Below the pieces are notes generated by a model. The model had not been told where the DNA came from and did not search any database. It saw nothing but the letters and a program-made list of their open reading frames with translations. A DNA stretch of 64,000 bases, taken from the NCBI RefSeq assembly GCF_009914755.1, contig NC_060942.1; one strand, 5' to 3'. Source of the stretch: the human T2T-CHM13v2.0 reference genome, Homo sapiens. This document shows, piece by piece, positions 38,532 through 50,077 of this stretch (its first letter is position 1; every line of letters starts with the position of its first letter). A program made the translations under genes and the position numbers.

Positions 38532-38885
38532 TGCCTCAGTCCATCCAGGCTGCCATAGCAAAGCAGCATGGACTGGGGACAGCCACTCACTTCTCACAGT
38601 TCTGGACGTTGGAGAGCCAAGATCAAGGCACCAGCATGGTGGGAGGCTGGAATCCTGGTCAGGGCTCTCTCCCAGGTTGCAGACTGCTGACCTCCCTCTG
38701 TATCCTCATGTGGCAGCAAGACAGCTGGAGAACTCTCAGGCCTCTTTTATAAGGGCACTAATCCCCTTCTTAAGGGCTGTACCCTCATGACCTAGTCACC
38801 CCCCACAGGCCCCACCTCCTAATTTCCTCACATTCGTGGTAAGGATTTTAACATGGATTTTGAGGCGACACAAACATTCAGTGTG
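38532..38885. mobile_element. MaLR solo LTR (MLT1A/B-like)
   Basis: tctcacagttctgga...caagatcaagg, taagggcactaatccc, catgacctagtcacc, acacaaacattcag. Confidence 0.85.
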
Positions 38886-40715
38886 TTGGATAGACAGCAA
38901 GCCTGCCTGGGCAGTCTGTACCTAAAGCCACAGCTCTTCACCCACTTCCTTCTGAAAGTGGCATCATCATGCTCCCTTTAGATGATCAAAATGAGCCCCA
39001 ATTCACAAGCTCCTAGAATCCCAGATAGGAAAAGCACCCCGAGTTCCCTCCCACAAGGCAGGTGGGCGCCCATCATTTGTGATGAATGCTAGCTACTCCA
39101 TTTAATTCTTTACATGTCCAATGCCAGCTTTCTCTCCGTTTGCCTGTTAGCCGAGAACCCTGTGCAACTCTCTCCTGGATGTCATGGGAAATATGACAAA
39201 GAGAGAACACTTGGTCTTGGCCTCAAAGGACTCGTAATACAGAAGACCCGAGAAGGATGTACCTGCAGGGTTATCTACAGCAGAAATTTAATCAAATACT
39301 TGGCACATCGCAGTTACAAAGAAAGTTTTCAACGTGGGCCATTGGCCACTGCAGGTTTCTTTGTGAGAAACATTTGTGTGTTTTTTATCCGAGGGAACAA
39401 AACCCTAGGAAAGGAAGTTTCCATCATCTACTCCCATTTTTCCTCCTTCTTGAACAAAACTTTTAGCTCAAGGAACACTGCTTTTGAAGGCTTGTGTTTC
39501 ATGCAGCCTGCTTCCTTAGTTGATCTGTTCACAAGATCACATCAAGTAATTTCTTCCATTCTGGGAAGATGGCGAAAACAAACAGATACTGTCAGCAGAT
39601 GTTGATGAACCACCTTTCCAGAAATAAACAGTGGCAGGGAACAGAGAAAGCCTGGAGAATCCCCATCAGTCATCAGCCGGAGAAGACCTTTTCCTGGGCT
39701 GGAGTCCTTGCTGGGGAAACGTCTGTTCTCTGCAGCCTGAGGCAGCTCTGGCCAGGAGGCAGCACTCAGCAAGTCCTAAGACCAAATTACCATCCTGGCT
39801 CCACTTTGGGTTTGTAAAGTCATCTGACTTTTTCTCTCCAGGTGCCTTAGTTGCCTCGTCTGTAAAATGTACCCATGGTCTCCTGGGAGGTTGTAAAGTC
39901 TAAGGAGATGCTGTACTTGAGCCTCCGAGACTCGAATATCCTGTAAATGCAAGCTGTAGCTATTTAACTTGTTACCTGGAGCTAAGCAGGAATCAGAGAG
40001 CAGAGTAGGCAGAACCCCACTCTTTGCCTAGAACATTGCTCATTTATAAAGTATAAGTTTCTTTCTCATTTTTAGAACAAGTTTAATTTTTTTTCCAGAG
40101 ATTATTTGCATGGGATCCTTTTTCTCCCTTCCCCTTTCTGATGAAAGCTTTTTATAGTGTGTGTAAAGAATAGCAACAAGGAAACACTTTCTGGTTCCTC
40201 TGCTTTAACCTTCAAATCTTCTGGGTACAGAAGCTCTGGCTTTAAATAGCCCTTTCTAAGATTCGGGGAAAGGGGATGCCGTGGAAGCCAAGTTGGTGAG
40301 CCTGGGAGAGGACACTTCTCAAATGAGAGTCATGTCTTGGAACATGGATCCCCAAAAAAGAGGGAATAATTTTACGGAGCAAATGATACTCCACAGTACC
40401 AATCACTCATCATGTTTAAAAACTGCATATCTAATTCTCTTTCCATGTATCCATCTTGGAAGAATACTGTTTCCGAAAAACATCTCAGAAAAGAGAAACT
40501 TTAGAATGAATACAATATACAGGCTTTAATTTCTGCTTCTCTGTAGTTGTGCCTGTAGGTCTCTAATTTTTATTCAGGCCAAAGATTATGAGAATTAGCA
40601 TAAATGATATTTTTAAAATTTGTTACAATACAGAGGTGTCTCCTTATTCAACGGTAGCTAAAATTGTCCCCTCGTTGACAGTATCCACAGAGGCCAGAAA
40701 CAACTCTGCTTGTTA

Positions 40716-41063
<348 letters not shown>

Positions 41064-41104
41064 CTAGTCAACAACCAAAAAAAATAAAAAATAAAAAAAA
41101 TTGG

Positions 41105-41840
41105 CAAAGAAAAATGTAAATTAAGACCACAATGAGCTATCAGTTTACCCAGTAGGATGGCTATTACAAAATACAAAACGATCAAAACTAGAAAATATCC
41201 AGTATTGGGAAGGATGTGGAGAAATTGGAACCTTATACATTGCTGATGGAAATGTAAAATGATTGAGCCACTCCAGAAAATGGTACGGTGGTTCCCCCCA
41301 AAAATTAAACATAGAATTACCAAATTGATCCACCTATTCTCCTTCTGGGTACATACCCAAAAGAATTAAAAGCAAGGACTTGAACAAACATGGTCCTAGC
41401 AGCATCAATCACAGTAGCCAAGAGGTGGAAGCAACCTAAATGTCCATCGACAGATGAATAAATCAACAAAATGTGGAATAGTCATACAATGAATATCAGC
41501 CTTAAAAGGATGGAAATTCTGACACATTTTACAACATCGATAAAACTTGAGGAGCTTATAGTAAGTGAAACAGGCCAGATACAAAAAGACAAATAGTGAT
41601 AGTTCCCCTCAGATGAGGCACCTAGAATAGTCAAATCCACAGAGACAGAAAGGAGAATGGAGGTTTCCAGGGGCAGGAGAGAGAATGAGGCGTTAGTGTT
41701 TAGTGGGTGCAGATTTTCAGCTGGGGAAGATGAAGAGGTTCCAGGGGTAGCCGCACAACAGTGTGAATATACTTTAAAATGGCTAAGATGGCAAATTCTA
41801 TGTTAGGTATTTTTTTAAACACAGTAATAAAAAAAAAAAA
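41105..41840 (+). mobile_element. L1 (L1MB-like) 3' end fragment
   Basis: ORF2 C-terminal and 3' UTR motifs (aggatggctatt, gcaacctaaatgtccatcgacagatgaat, cctagaatagtcaaatccacagagacagaaag), ending in an A tail. Confidence 0.9.
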
Positions 41841-43214
41841 GCATCTAGTTTAGGGATTTGGCAAGACCAATACCCAAGAGCCAGGTTTCTCCCACTCCCT
41901 GCACCCTCCCTAAATTCTCAGGCCCACCTGATGGAAAACAAGCCTCCCTGCGCCTGTGCTCTCCACAAGACAAAAAAAACAAACAAAAACACAAAAACCG
42001 TGCCTGGCCTGCTTTTCTCTGCTATGGAACAGCAACACTTCAGCCAGGACCATCAACCTCCTGAAGTGACCAAGTCCCACTGGGTCCTCGTCTCGGAGCT
42101 CAGGACCCCGGCCTCATTATTGCTAAAGGAAAGCACCTCTGAAAACACTCATTCTGGAACAGCCCAGGCGACAGCAGTGCCCCCTCCCCTCCCCCGAGCC
42201 TTTGCCTTGTCTGAGCCAAACAGCAGTTGCTCCTCGACGTCATCCCAGAAGCATCTCTTGCAAGAACTAACGTCCCTTATTTCATTTCTCTCTCCCACCC
42301 CCACCTTAGAAGCTCTCTGAGCTCTTCCTGAATTGATCCTGGTATTTGACAAATTAAATCTTTTCAGGAATTGAGACTCTCACCTCCTTAGAATGACCAG
42401 AAATGAAGGAGTTGCAACTGATGTTTTTAAATTCCCAAATTACAGATGGCAAACCAAGTTGTGGGGAATGGCGCAGAGGGGAGCTGAAGGCTGGGGTTGG
42501 GGAAGCGGGGCTGCCAGCTAGGCTTTGGGGACCTGCCCAGGCGGAGGGGGTAGCCACTACCAGCGATGAGCTGCAAATGGTAGGAGTGCGCAGCTCCTCC
42601 TGGCTGACGGGAAGATCTGACTCCGCGCTTCTTGTTACCCTGATGGTACGAGTGCTTCATGTGGCCTCTCTTATTTCAGCATGTGCTGGGCTCACCTGTA
42701 GGTGGTGCTGAGCCAGGGGCCGGCTCCTGCACAGCTTGTGTCTGATAACAGGCATCACAAGAGAACACCACCTTCCTGGCTGTGAAGTTTTCGTGATTTG
42801 AATCCAAGTTCCCAGCCAGTGTCAGAGGGGGTGTCACTGGTCCCCACACCAGGACCACAGGCCTGATTTCAATGGTGACTGTTCCAGCAGTTATGCAGGA
42901 GCCCTGGGCTGGGCACACTATGTCATACTAACTTTCCATCCTGTGTTTTGAATATCAGAACTCTTGTTAAGGTGAAAACTCTGGAACCTTTACCCCATAG
43001 TAGTTGACCAAGGAAACGTAAAGGCAAAGCTACCGTACTCAGTGATGCTTTCTTTTAACTCAGTTTGTATTTTCTTCACCTTAAGGTGCATTTGAAAGAT
43101 AGTGGCACATAGGGTGTCAGAAAGGCCTTTATTTAATGTTCACACCAAGTGGGTGCACTGAGTGGGAACCACCTTAATCTGCTGTTCATTTCTTGCAGCA
43201 GTTATGCAAGTAAG

Positions 43215-43320
43215 TATAATGATCACCATTGTAAAAATGAGGAAGTTGAAATGGAGAGAAATAAATAGCTTGCCCAAAATCACCAGCTGTGAAGCGGCCG
43301 GGGCTGGCCTTGGCCCCCAG
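43215..43320 (-). mobile_element. MIR SINE fragment
   Basis: ccattgtaaaaatgaggaagttga...cttgcccaaaatcac. Confidence 0.6.
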
Positions 43321-44544
43321 GAACTGGCCGGAGACATCTTTCCGTGACGTAATTAAGCTCTGGCCTAATGGGCCTCATGCAGGAGCTCATCTCCATTTCT
43401 CCTGTAACTTGCAGAGGGCAGCTCACTGCTGAGCACAGGTTGCAGGCAGTTTCTCCGTGTGCCCCTAAGCCCTCTGTAGGAAACTGCAGGCCAAAAAATG
43501 CACGTAGAGCTTGGGGACGCCCAGGACTTGGCCTTCATCTCAATGCTGCAGCTCTTTGATCCAATTGTCTACAAGCCACAAACCATGTTAGCAAAGGAAA
43601 CATTATCTCGCCTGAAGTGCAACTCTATGCCCATCTAATGCACACAGCAGCAGCGCAAGTTAGTGAGCAGCAGCTGGGAAGCCCACAGCTCTTCCTGCCC
43701 TCTCTGGGAAACCAAACAGCGACCACAACGAAATCACATGTTGAGTGAGGGCTGTAAACCCAAAGACCCTGGTGACTGAGATCTCCAACTTTAGAGAACT
43801 GCTAGAGAACAAGTGTGTGCCTGCCCAGTCAGTGGGTGCCCCTCAGCCTTGGCCACAGGACAGATGTGAGGCCATGAACTGATGGCATGGGAGCACGGGG
43901 CTGGGGTGGCCCAGCCGTCCCCAGAACACTGAGCTACCAACTTCTACCTCCCTACCACAGCCTGATCCGATCGGCACGTGCTGCTAGTGGTCAGCGTTCT
44001 GCTAGCCTACCAGCTTTGCACCCCCTGGGTGGAAGGAGAATAGCGGAGGGATGACCCAGGTGCAGGAGGAGGCAGCCCGGGCTCAGAGGTGTCTGAAGAC
44101 CTTGGTCAGACAGCGAGGCACTGGCACTGTGTTCAAGCACCCTGTGCCCTGACTTCCAGCATCTCTGACGTGTGCACCTCTCACCAGAGAGGCCTTTCTG
44201 TGCCACAAACCTAGACAGCCCTTGTTCCCTGCTGTGTCCGTGTTATAAAATAGACCAGGCAAGAGAGGGTCTTCTGGAAGGTCAGAGCTGTGGCCGTCTT
44301 GCTTAAAGCTGAGAAAGCAGGAAGCAGATGAGGAACGCAGAAACCTTCTGAACCTGGAGGCGGGCAGACCGGGACAGAGGGCAGTGTGCGCGTGTGCTTG
44401 CTGCTCCGCAGCTTCCAGCTCTCCCTTCTTGCGGGCCGCCTCCTCCATTCCCTCTTCTAAAGGACCTTGCGTTTCCTACACAACTCCATTTCATCCACAG
44501 CCAGTGGAGCGCTGGCCTTTTTATTTTTCTTTGTGTCTCCTAAC

Positions 44545-45301
44545 TTTTTTTATTAAAATAAATTTTAATTGTGGTAAAATACACATAATGTAAAATGTAT
44601 CGTTTAACCAGTTTTAAGTGTGCAGTTCTGTGGCACTGATCTCATTCATGTTATTATACAACCATCACCACCATCCACTTTTTCATCTTCCCAGACTGAA
44701 CCTCTAGTCCCATTAAACCACTCCTTGTCCCCCCCTTCCAGCTCCTGCAACCACCATTCCACTTTCTGTCTCTATGAATTTGATCACTCTAGGAACCTCA
44801 TATAAGTGACATCATACAGTGTCCTTTTGTGTTTGGCTTATTTCACTTACCAGGGTGTCCCCAAGGTTCATCCCTATTGTAGCGGGTGTCAGAACTTCCT
44901 GCCTTCCTAAGGCTGAAGAGTATTTCATTGTATGGATAGACCGCATTTTGTTGATCCATCCATCTGTCAGTGGACACTTGGGTTGCTTCTACCTTTTGGT
45001 TATTGTAAATAACCCTGATGTGAACATGGGTGTGCAAATATCTATTCAAGTCCCTGCTTTCAACTCTTTTGGGTACATACCCAGAAGTGAGATTGCTGGG
45101 TCATATGGTAATTCTGTTTTGTTGTTTTTTGTTTTGTTTTGTTTTGTTTTTTGAGGAACCACCTTACTGTTTTCCATAGTGGCTGGACCATTGTATATTC
45201 TCATCAGCTGTGTTTAAGGGTTCCAATTTCTTCACATCCTTGCCAACTTGTGATTTTTTGATAGCATTTTTTGATAGTAGCCATCCTAATGGGTGTGAGG
45301 T
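44545..45301 (-). mobile_element. L1 (L1MB-like) 3' end fragment, antisense
   Basis: Reverse-strand L1 3' motifs (catccatctgtcagtggacacttgggttgcttc, tagccatcctaatgggtgtgagg). Confidence 0.9.
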
Positions 45302-45607
45302 GCTGCCATCATTTCTTTTTGAAATCAAGTGTCCAGTGCATGTGGTCTGAAAACTTAATAGGATTCTAAAGTGTCCACATCACACCTGAAATGTTTGCAT
45401 AGGTCTGTACTGTCAGGCAAACGTGTGCACTCACACATCACTCTCACCTCTGTCTGTGCCCGGAGCATGATTCCAGTTGGTTCTTGGTGTCGAGGTTGTC
45501 AGTGATGGTGATCTGGTGCCTGGTGAGACCCCATTTGCCGGAAGCATGTGTGCACTGCTCCCTTGGGAAGATAGAGGCCTCTGAATGTGTTTGTTTCTTG
45601 GCTTCAG

Positions 45608-45929
45608 AACCACGACCATGCCTGCATCGCCTGTCGGATCATCTATCGGTCAGACGAGCACCACCCTCCCATCCTGCCCCCAAAGGCAGACCTGACCATC
45701 GGCCTGCACGGGGAGTGGGTGAGCCAGCGCTGTGAGGTGCGCCCCGAAGTCCTCTTCCTCACCCGCCACTTCATCTTCCATGACAACAACAACACCTGGG
45801 AGGGCCACTACTACCACTACTCAGACCCGGTGTGCAAGCACCCCACCTTCTCCATCTACGCCCGGGGCCGCTACAGCCGCGGCGTCCTCTCGTCCAGGGT
45901 CATGGGAGGCACCGAGTTCGTGTTCAAAG
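45608..45929 (+). CDS. APCDD1: APCDD1 coding exon 4 (start of the second repeat)
   Basis: Acceptor ttcttggcttcag|AAC. Encodes [12 protein letters not shown]...GGTEFVFK. Donor AAG|GTAGGA. 322 nt. Confidence 0.98.
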
Positions 45930-46215
45930 GTAGGATTCCCATCTCAAGTCCCAGTATCACAGCCAATAAACAGCCCTGTGACATTTTTGTGGAGGCAGAG
46001 CTGAGGGAAAGGACCTCTTTTCTGCCTGAGTTCCCAGGAAAGAAATTGGGGAGTCATTTCTGCCTCAGTCCTTCCCAACGCCCTCTGAGTTTCTCCCTGC
46101 TCAAAATGGATCAGGTGGACAGCCTCCACTTGCAGGCCTGAATGCGAGAGGAGTCCACGCCACTGCCTGTGGGAAGTTGCCAGCCAGGGAGGATGTTACT
46201 GGGAATGAAATCTCT

Positions 46216-46515
46216 GGCCAGGTGCGGAGGCTCATGCCTGTAATCCCAACACTTTGGGAAACCAAGGCAGGAGGATCTCATGAGGCCAGAAGTTTGAAAC
46301 CAGCCTGGGCAACATAGTGAGGCCCTAACTCTATAAAAAAATAAAATAAATTAGCTGGATGTGGTGGCATGTGCCTGTAGTCCCAGCTGTTCTGGAGGCT
46401 GAGCTAGGAGGATCGCTTGAGCCCAGGAAGTTGAGGCTACAGTAAGATATGATCATGCCACTGTACTCCAGCCTGGGCAACAGAGAAAGACCCTGTCTCT
46501 AAAAAACAAAAAAAG
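46216..46515 (+). mobile_element. Alu SINE (J-like)
   Basis: Full consensus. TSD gaaatctc on both sides. Confidence 0.95.
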
Positions 46516-47735
46516 AAATCTCAAGTCTGCACTTTGTGTTCTTTATACACAACTCTGGCAGATTCCATGCTGCCCCTCTAATAACACTGCGTTTGCTTGC
46601 ATGCCACAGTGCTTTCCTGAGTGAGCAATAAAGAGGTGTTAGTGACACCTCAGGTGCTCAGAGCTGTCCTTTCCAACCCTGAGCTTGTCGTGTAATTGAG
46701 AGGTTGTCACCTGCTTGGAGGTGGGAGCATCTGTGGGAAGGTTCAGGCTGTGTCCTTATCACTAAACGAGGAGGGGAGGAAGGAGCTGCACCAGGCTGCT
46801 AGCAACAAAGCAGGGCTTGTGGTTGCTATTTTTAAAAGGTTGCTTTTTTTTTCCCCCTAAGTTTGAGCATCTTTGTAAAATGGTGTCAGCCCTATCATAC
46901 CAAATAAAGAGGGATAGCCTCGATCCCAGGTGACTCCTCCAGGATGGCGTTCCAGGGTTCAGTCCCATTACTATAAAAATGTTTCTGTTAACCCAGAAAG
47001 TCCTGGAAGACTTTAGCCCTCCTTTTGGGTAGCAAGGTTTGCTCCAGGAATACAGGCCCTTTGAGAAACTTAATTGAAAGCAAGCAATCTTTACTTGACT
47101 CCACCCTGAAGCTCATCGTGTTATACACGGAAGTGGCCCCCTGGAGGGACCTTCAGAAGCAATTCTCCACAAAAGCTGGGATTTGTATTTAATTTATTCA
47201 CTCACATTTTTCTTGCTTGCAGCCTAACTTATTTTAGATGCCTGATGTATGGGCCCATAGGAATGTGTGAGAATGCCAACCAGAATAGGTGTTTGACACC
47301 AAAACTTTTAGAAACCCGAAAACCTTTTGATAAAAGCAAAATTCCAGCCTTTGTTGAATATTTTTCTTTCAATCCCAACGAGTCAGCATCACCAAATAAA
47401 ACTCCTTAGGAGCACTCCGAGCTGTAGTTTTATTTGTTGCCTGCAGGCACTCCCAGCTGTATTCTGGGCTCAGTGTTTCTACACCAGATGGTCTGTGTTG
47501 CATGGCCACACCTGCAGCATATCGGTGTGACTGCCACCCAGATCAACAGGTTGAACTCTTCTCCGCCTGACAGTGCTTTGATGACTACTGCTGTCAGATG
47601 GGTGGGTCTGTAGGTGGGATTGTTTTTGGAAAAGAAAGCCTTGTCTAGTTAGAGTGTGGCCAGTGTTTTCTGGGTGGGTTTCTGGATCCCACGCCTACTC
47701 CCTGGAGTCATGGAACTCTCCTTTCTCCTTTGCAG

Positions 47736-48184
47736 TGAATCACATGAAGGTCACCCCCATGGATGCGGCCACAGCCTCACTGCTCAACGTCTTCAACGGG
47801 AATGAGTGCGGGGCCGAGGGCTCCTGGCAGGTGGGCATCCAGCAGGATGTGACCCACACCAATGGCTGCGTGGCCCTGGGCATCAAACTACCTCACACGG
47901 AGTACGAGATCTTCAAAATGGAACAGGATGCCCGGGGGCGCTATCTGCTGTTCAACGGTCAGAGGCCCAGCGACGGGTCCAGCCCAGACAGGCCAGAGAA
48001 GAGAGCCACGTCCTACCAGATGCCCTTGGTCCAGTGTGCCTCCTCTTCGCCGAGGGCAGAGGACCTCGCAGAAGACAGTGGAAGCAGCCTGTATGGCCGG
48101 GCCCCTGGGAGGCACACCTGGTCCCTGCTGCTGGCTGCACTTGCCTGCCTTGTCCCTCTGCTGCATTGGAACATCCGCAGATAG
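47736..48184 (+). CDS. APCDD1: APCDD1 coding exon 5 (end of repeat 2, C-terminal hydrophobic anchor, stop)
   Basis: Acceptor ctttctcctttgcag|TG. Encodes (V)NHMKVTPMD...LLLAALACLVPLLHWNIRR, stop TAG. The five exons total 1545 nt = 514 aa plus stop. Confidence 0.98.
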
Positions 48185-48680
48185 AAGTTTTAGAAAGTTC
48201 TATTTTTCCAAACCAGGATTCCTTACTATTGACAGATTTGCTTTACCAAAAGAAAAGACATTTATTCTTTTGATGCACTTGAATGCCAGAGAACTGTCCT
48301 TCTTTTTCTCCTCTCCCTCCCTCCCAGCCCCTGAGTCATGAACAGCAAGGAGTGTTTGAAGTTTCTGCTTTGAACTCCGTCCAGCCTGATCCCTGGCCTG
48401 AGCAACTTCACAACAGTAATTGCACTTTAAGACAGCCTAGAGTTCTGGACGAGCGTGTTTGGTAGCAGGGATGAAAGCTAGGGCCTCTTATTTTTTTCTC
48501 TTAATTATTATTATATTTCTGAGTTAAACTTAGAAGAAACAACTATCAAGCTACAACTTTTCCTGCCATTTTCCTGTGGTTGCAGCCTGTCTTCCTTTGA
48601 AATTGTTTTACTCTCTGAGTTTTATATGCTGGAATCCAATGCAGAGTTGGTTTGGGACTGTGATCAAGACACCTTTTATT

Positions 48681-48686
48681 AATAAA
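48681..48686 (+). terminator. Polyadenylation signal AATAAA
   Basis: Canonical hexamer in the 3' UTR. Confidence 0.5.
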
Positions 48687-48820
48687 GAAGAGACACAGGT
48701 GTAGATATGTATATACAAAAAGATGTACGGTCTGGCCAAACCACCTTCCCAGCCTTTATGCAAAAAAAGGGGAGAATCAAAGCTTTCATTTCAGAAATGT
48801 TGCGTGGAAAAGTATCTGTA

Positions 48821-48826
48821 ATTAAA
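48821..48826 (+). terminator. Polyadenylation signal ATTAAA
   Basis: Variant hexamer with UGUA motifs upstream and T/GT-rich sequence downstream. Confidence 0.6.
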
Positions 48827-49564
48827 GTTTCGAAGTAATTTAACCTATTTTTACATCATTTGTCTTACCTTGTTGAGAGAGGAGACTGGCTTGTTGGCTT
48901 CTGGTTGTTGCAGGAGGCATGTGGCTTCCTGCCTTCTCAGTAGACAGGATCATTAGGAAAATAGCAACATCAATCCTGTTACACAGGAGCAGTGACACGG
49001 GTGGCTGCAGTGTGGTACATGCCACACAAATGATAGAGAAAGTGCCCGTTCATTGCAGTTTCCTCTTCCTGGGGGACCTGAGCCCTGACTCACTGTCTTA
49101 TTAGGGGCAGGCGGAAGAAGCTGCACTCTGGCATCCATGCCACCTTCTAAGATGAACATGCAGAGACAGAACTTCAGCTGCTCAGAGAGAGTGCAGTGGG
49201 CATGGTCTGCCCTGGGGGCTTGCTCCATTACACCCTGACTTGGCATGCAACCGAGTCTTTGTGTAAAGCCATCCTGTCATTGCACATACTGGCTCACTCA
49301 GTGTCTTTCCTGCTGCTGATGTGGCTCTGTGCTGGCAGTTTCAGGGTCAGTGTGCTGCTTTCCTAGGGACATTAGAAGGGCGCAGGAGTGCATGTCTGCC
49401 CATTCCTTTGGAGTATCGCAGATGATGCTATACGATACCAAGTGTTACCGCTCACAGAGACTGGGAAAGGGAAATGGGAGTAACCGAAAGCCAGATGGAA
49501 CGAAAGCAAACATGGAAACCATGATCACGGCAAAGAGCCATCCTTGTATTTAAGAAGTAACTTT

Positions 49565-49864
<300 letters not shown>

Positions 49865-50011
49865 TTATGAAATGCCACAGCATTCAGTGTGGCATTAAGT
49901 TACAACGACCACATAGAGTACCAAAGTGCTTCAGGTTATATTTTAAGTTGTGGTGCAGACTGAGGGGGCTTATTCAAAATGAAAATACTAACTTAAATGG
50001 CCACCAAGTTC

Positions 50012-50077
50012 AATAAACAAAGATGTCAAAATACTCTCAGAAATACAACTGATACTATCTTTAAAAGACGTAATAAA
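50012..50077 (+). terminator. Candidate distal poly(A) signals
   Basis: AATAAA at 50012-50017 and 50072-50077, just past the Alu that lies downstream of the proximal UTR. Confidence 0.35.

Larger units (their letters stand above)
48185..48850 (+). other. APCDD1: APCDD1 3' UTR (proximal form)
   Basis: Follows the stop codon. AATAAA at 48681-48686 and ATTAAA at 48821-48826, with T-rich sequence downstream. Confidence 0.75.

Noticed and set aside
39114-39605. 163-aa ATG-initiated ORF in intron 3
   Set aside because: No recognisable domain, weak Kozak context and no codon bias; compatible with chance.
42885-43208. 13-bp direct repeat cagcagttatgca about 310 bp apart (possible TSD)
   Set aside because: No poly-A or element between the copies. 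One such match is plausible by chance in 64 kb.
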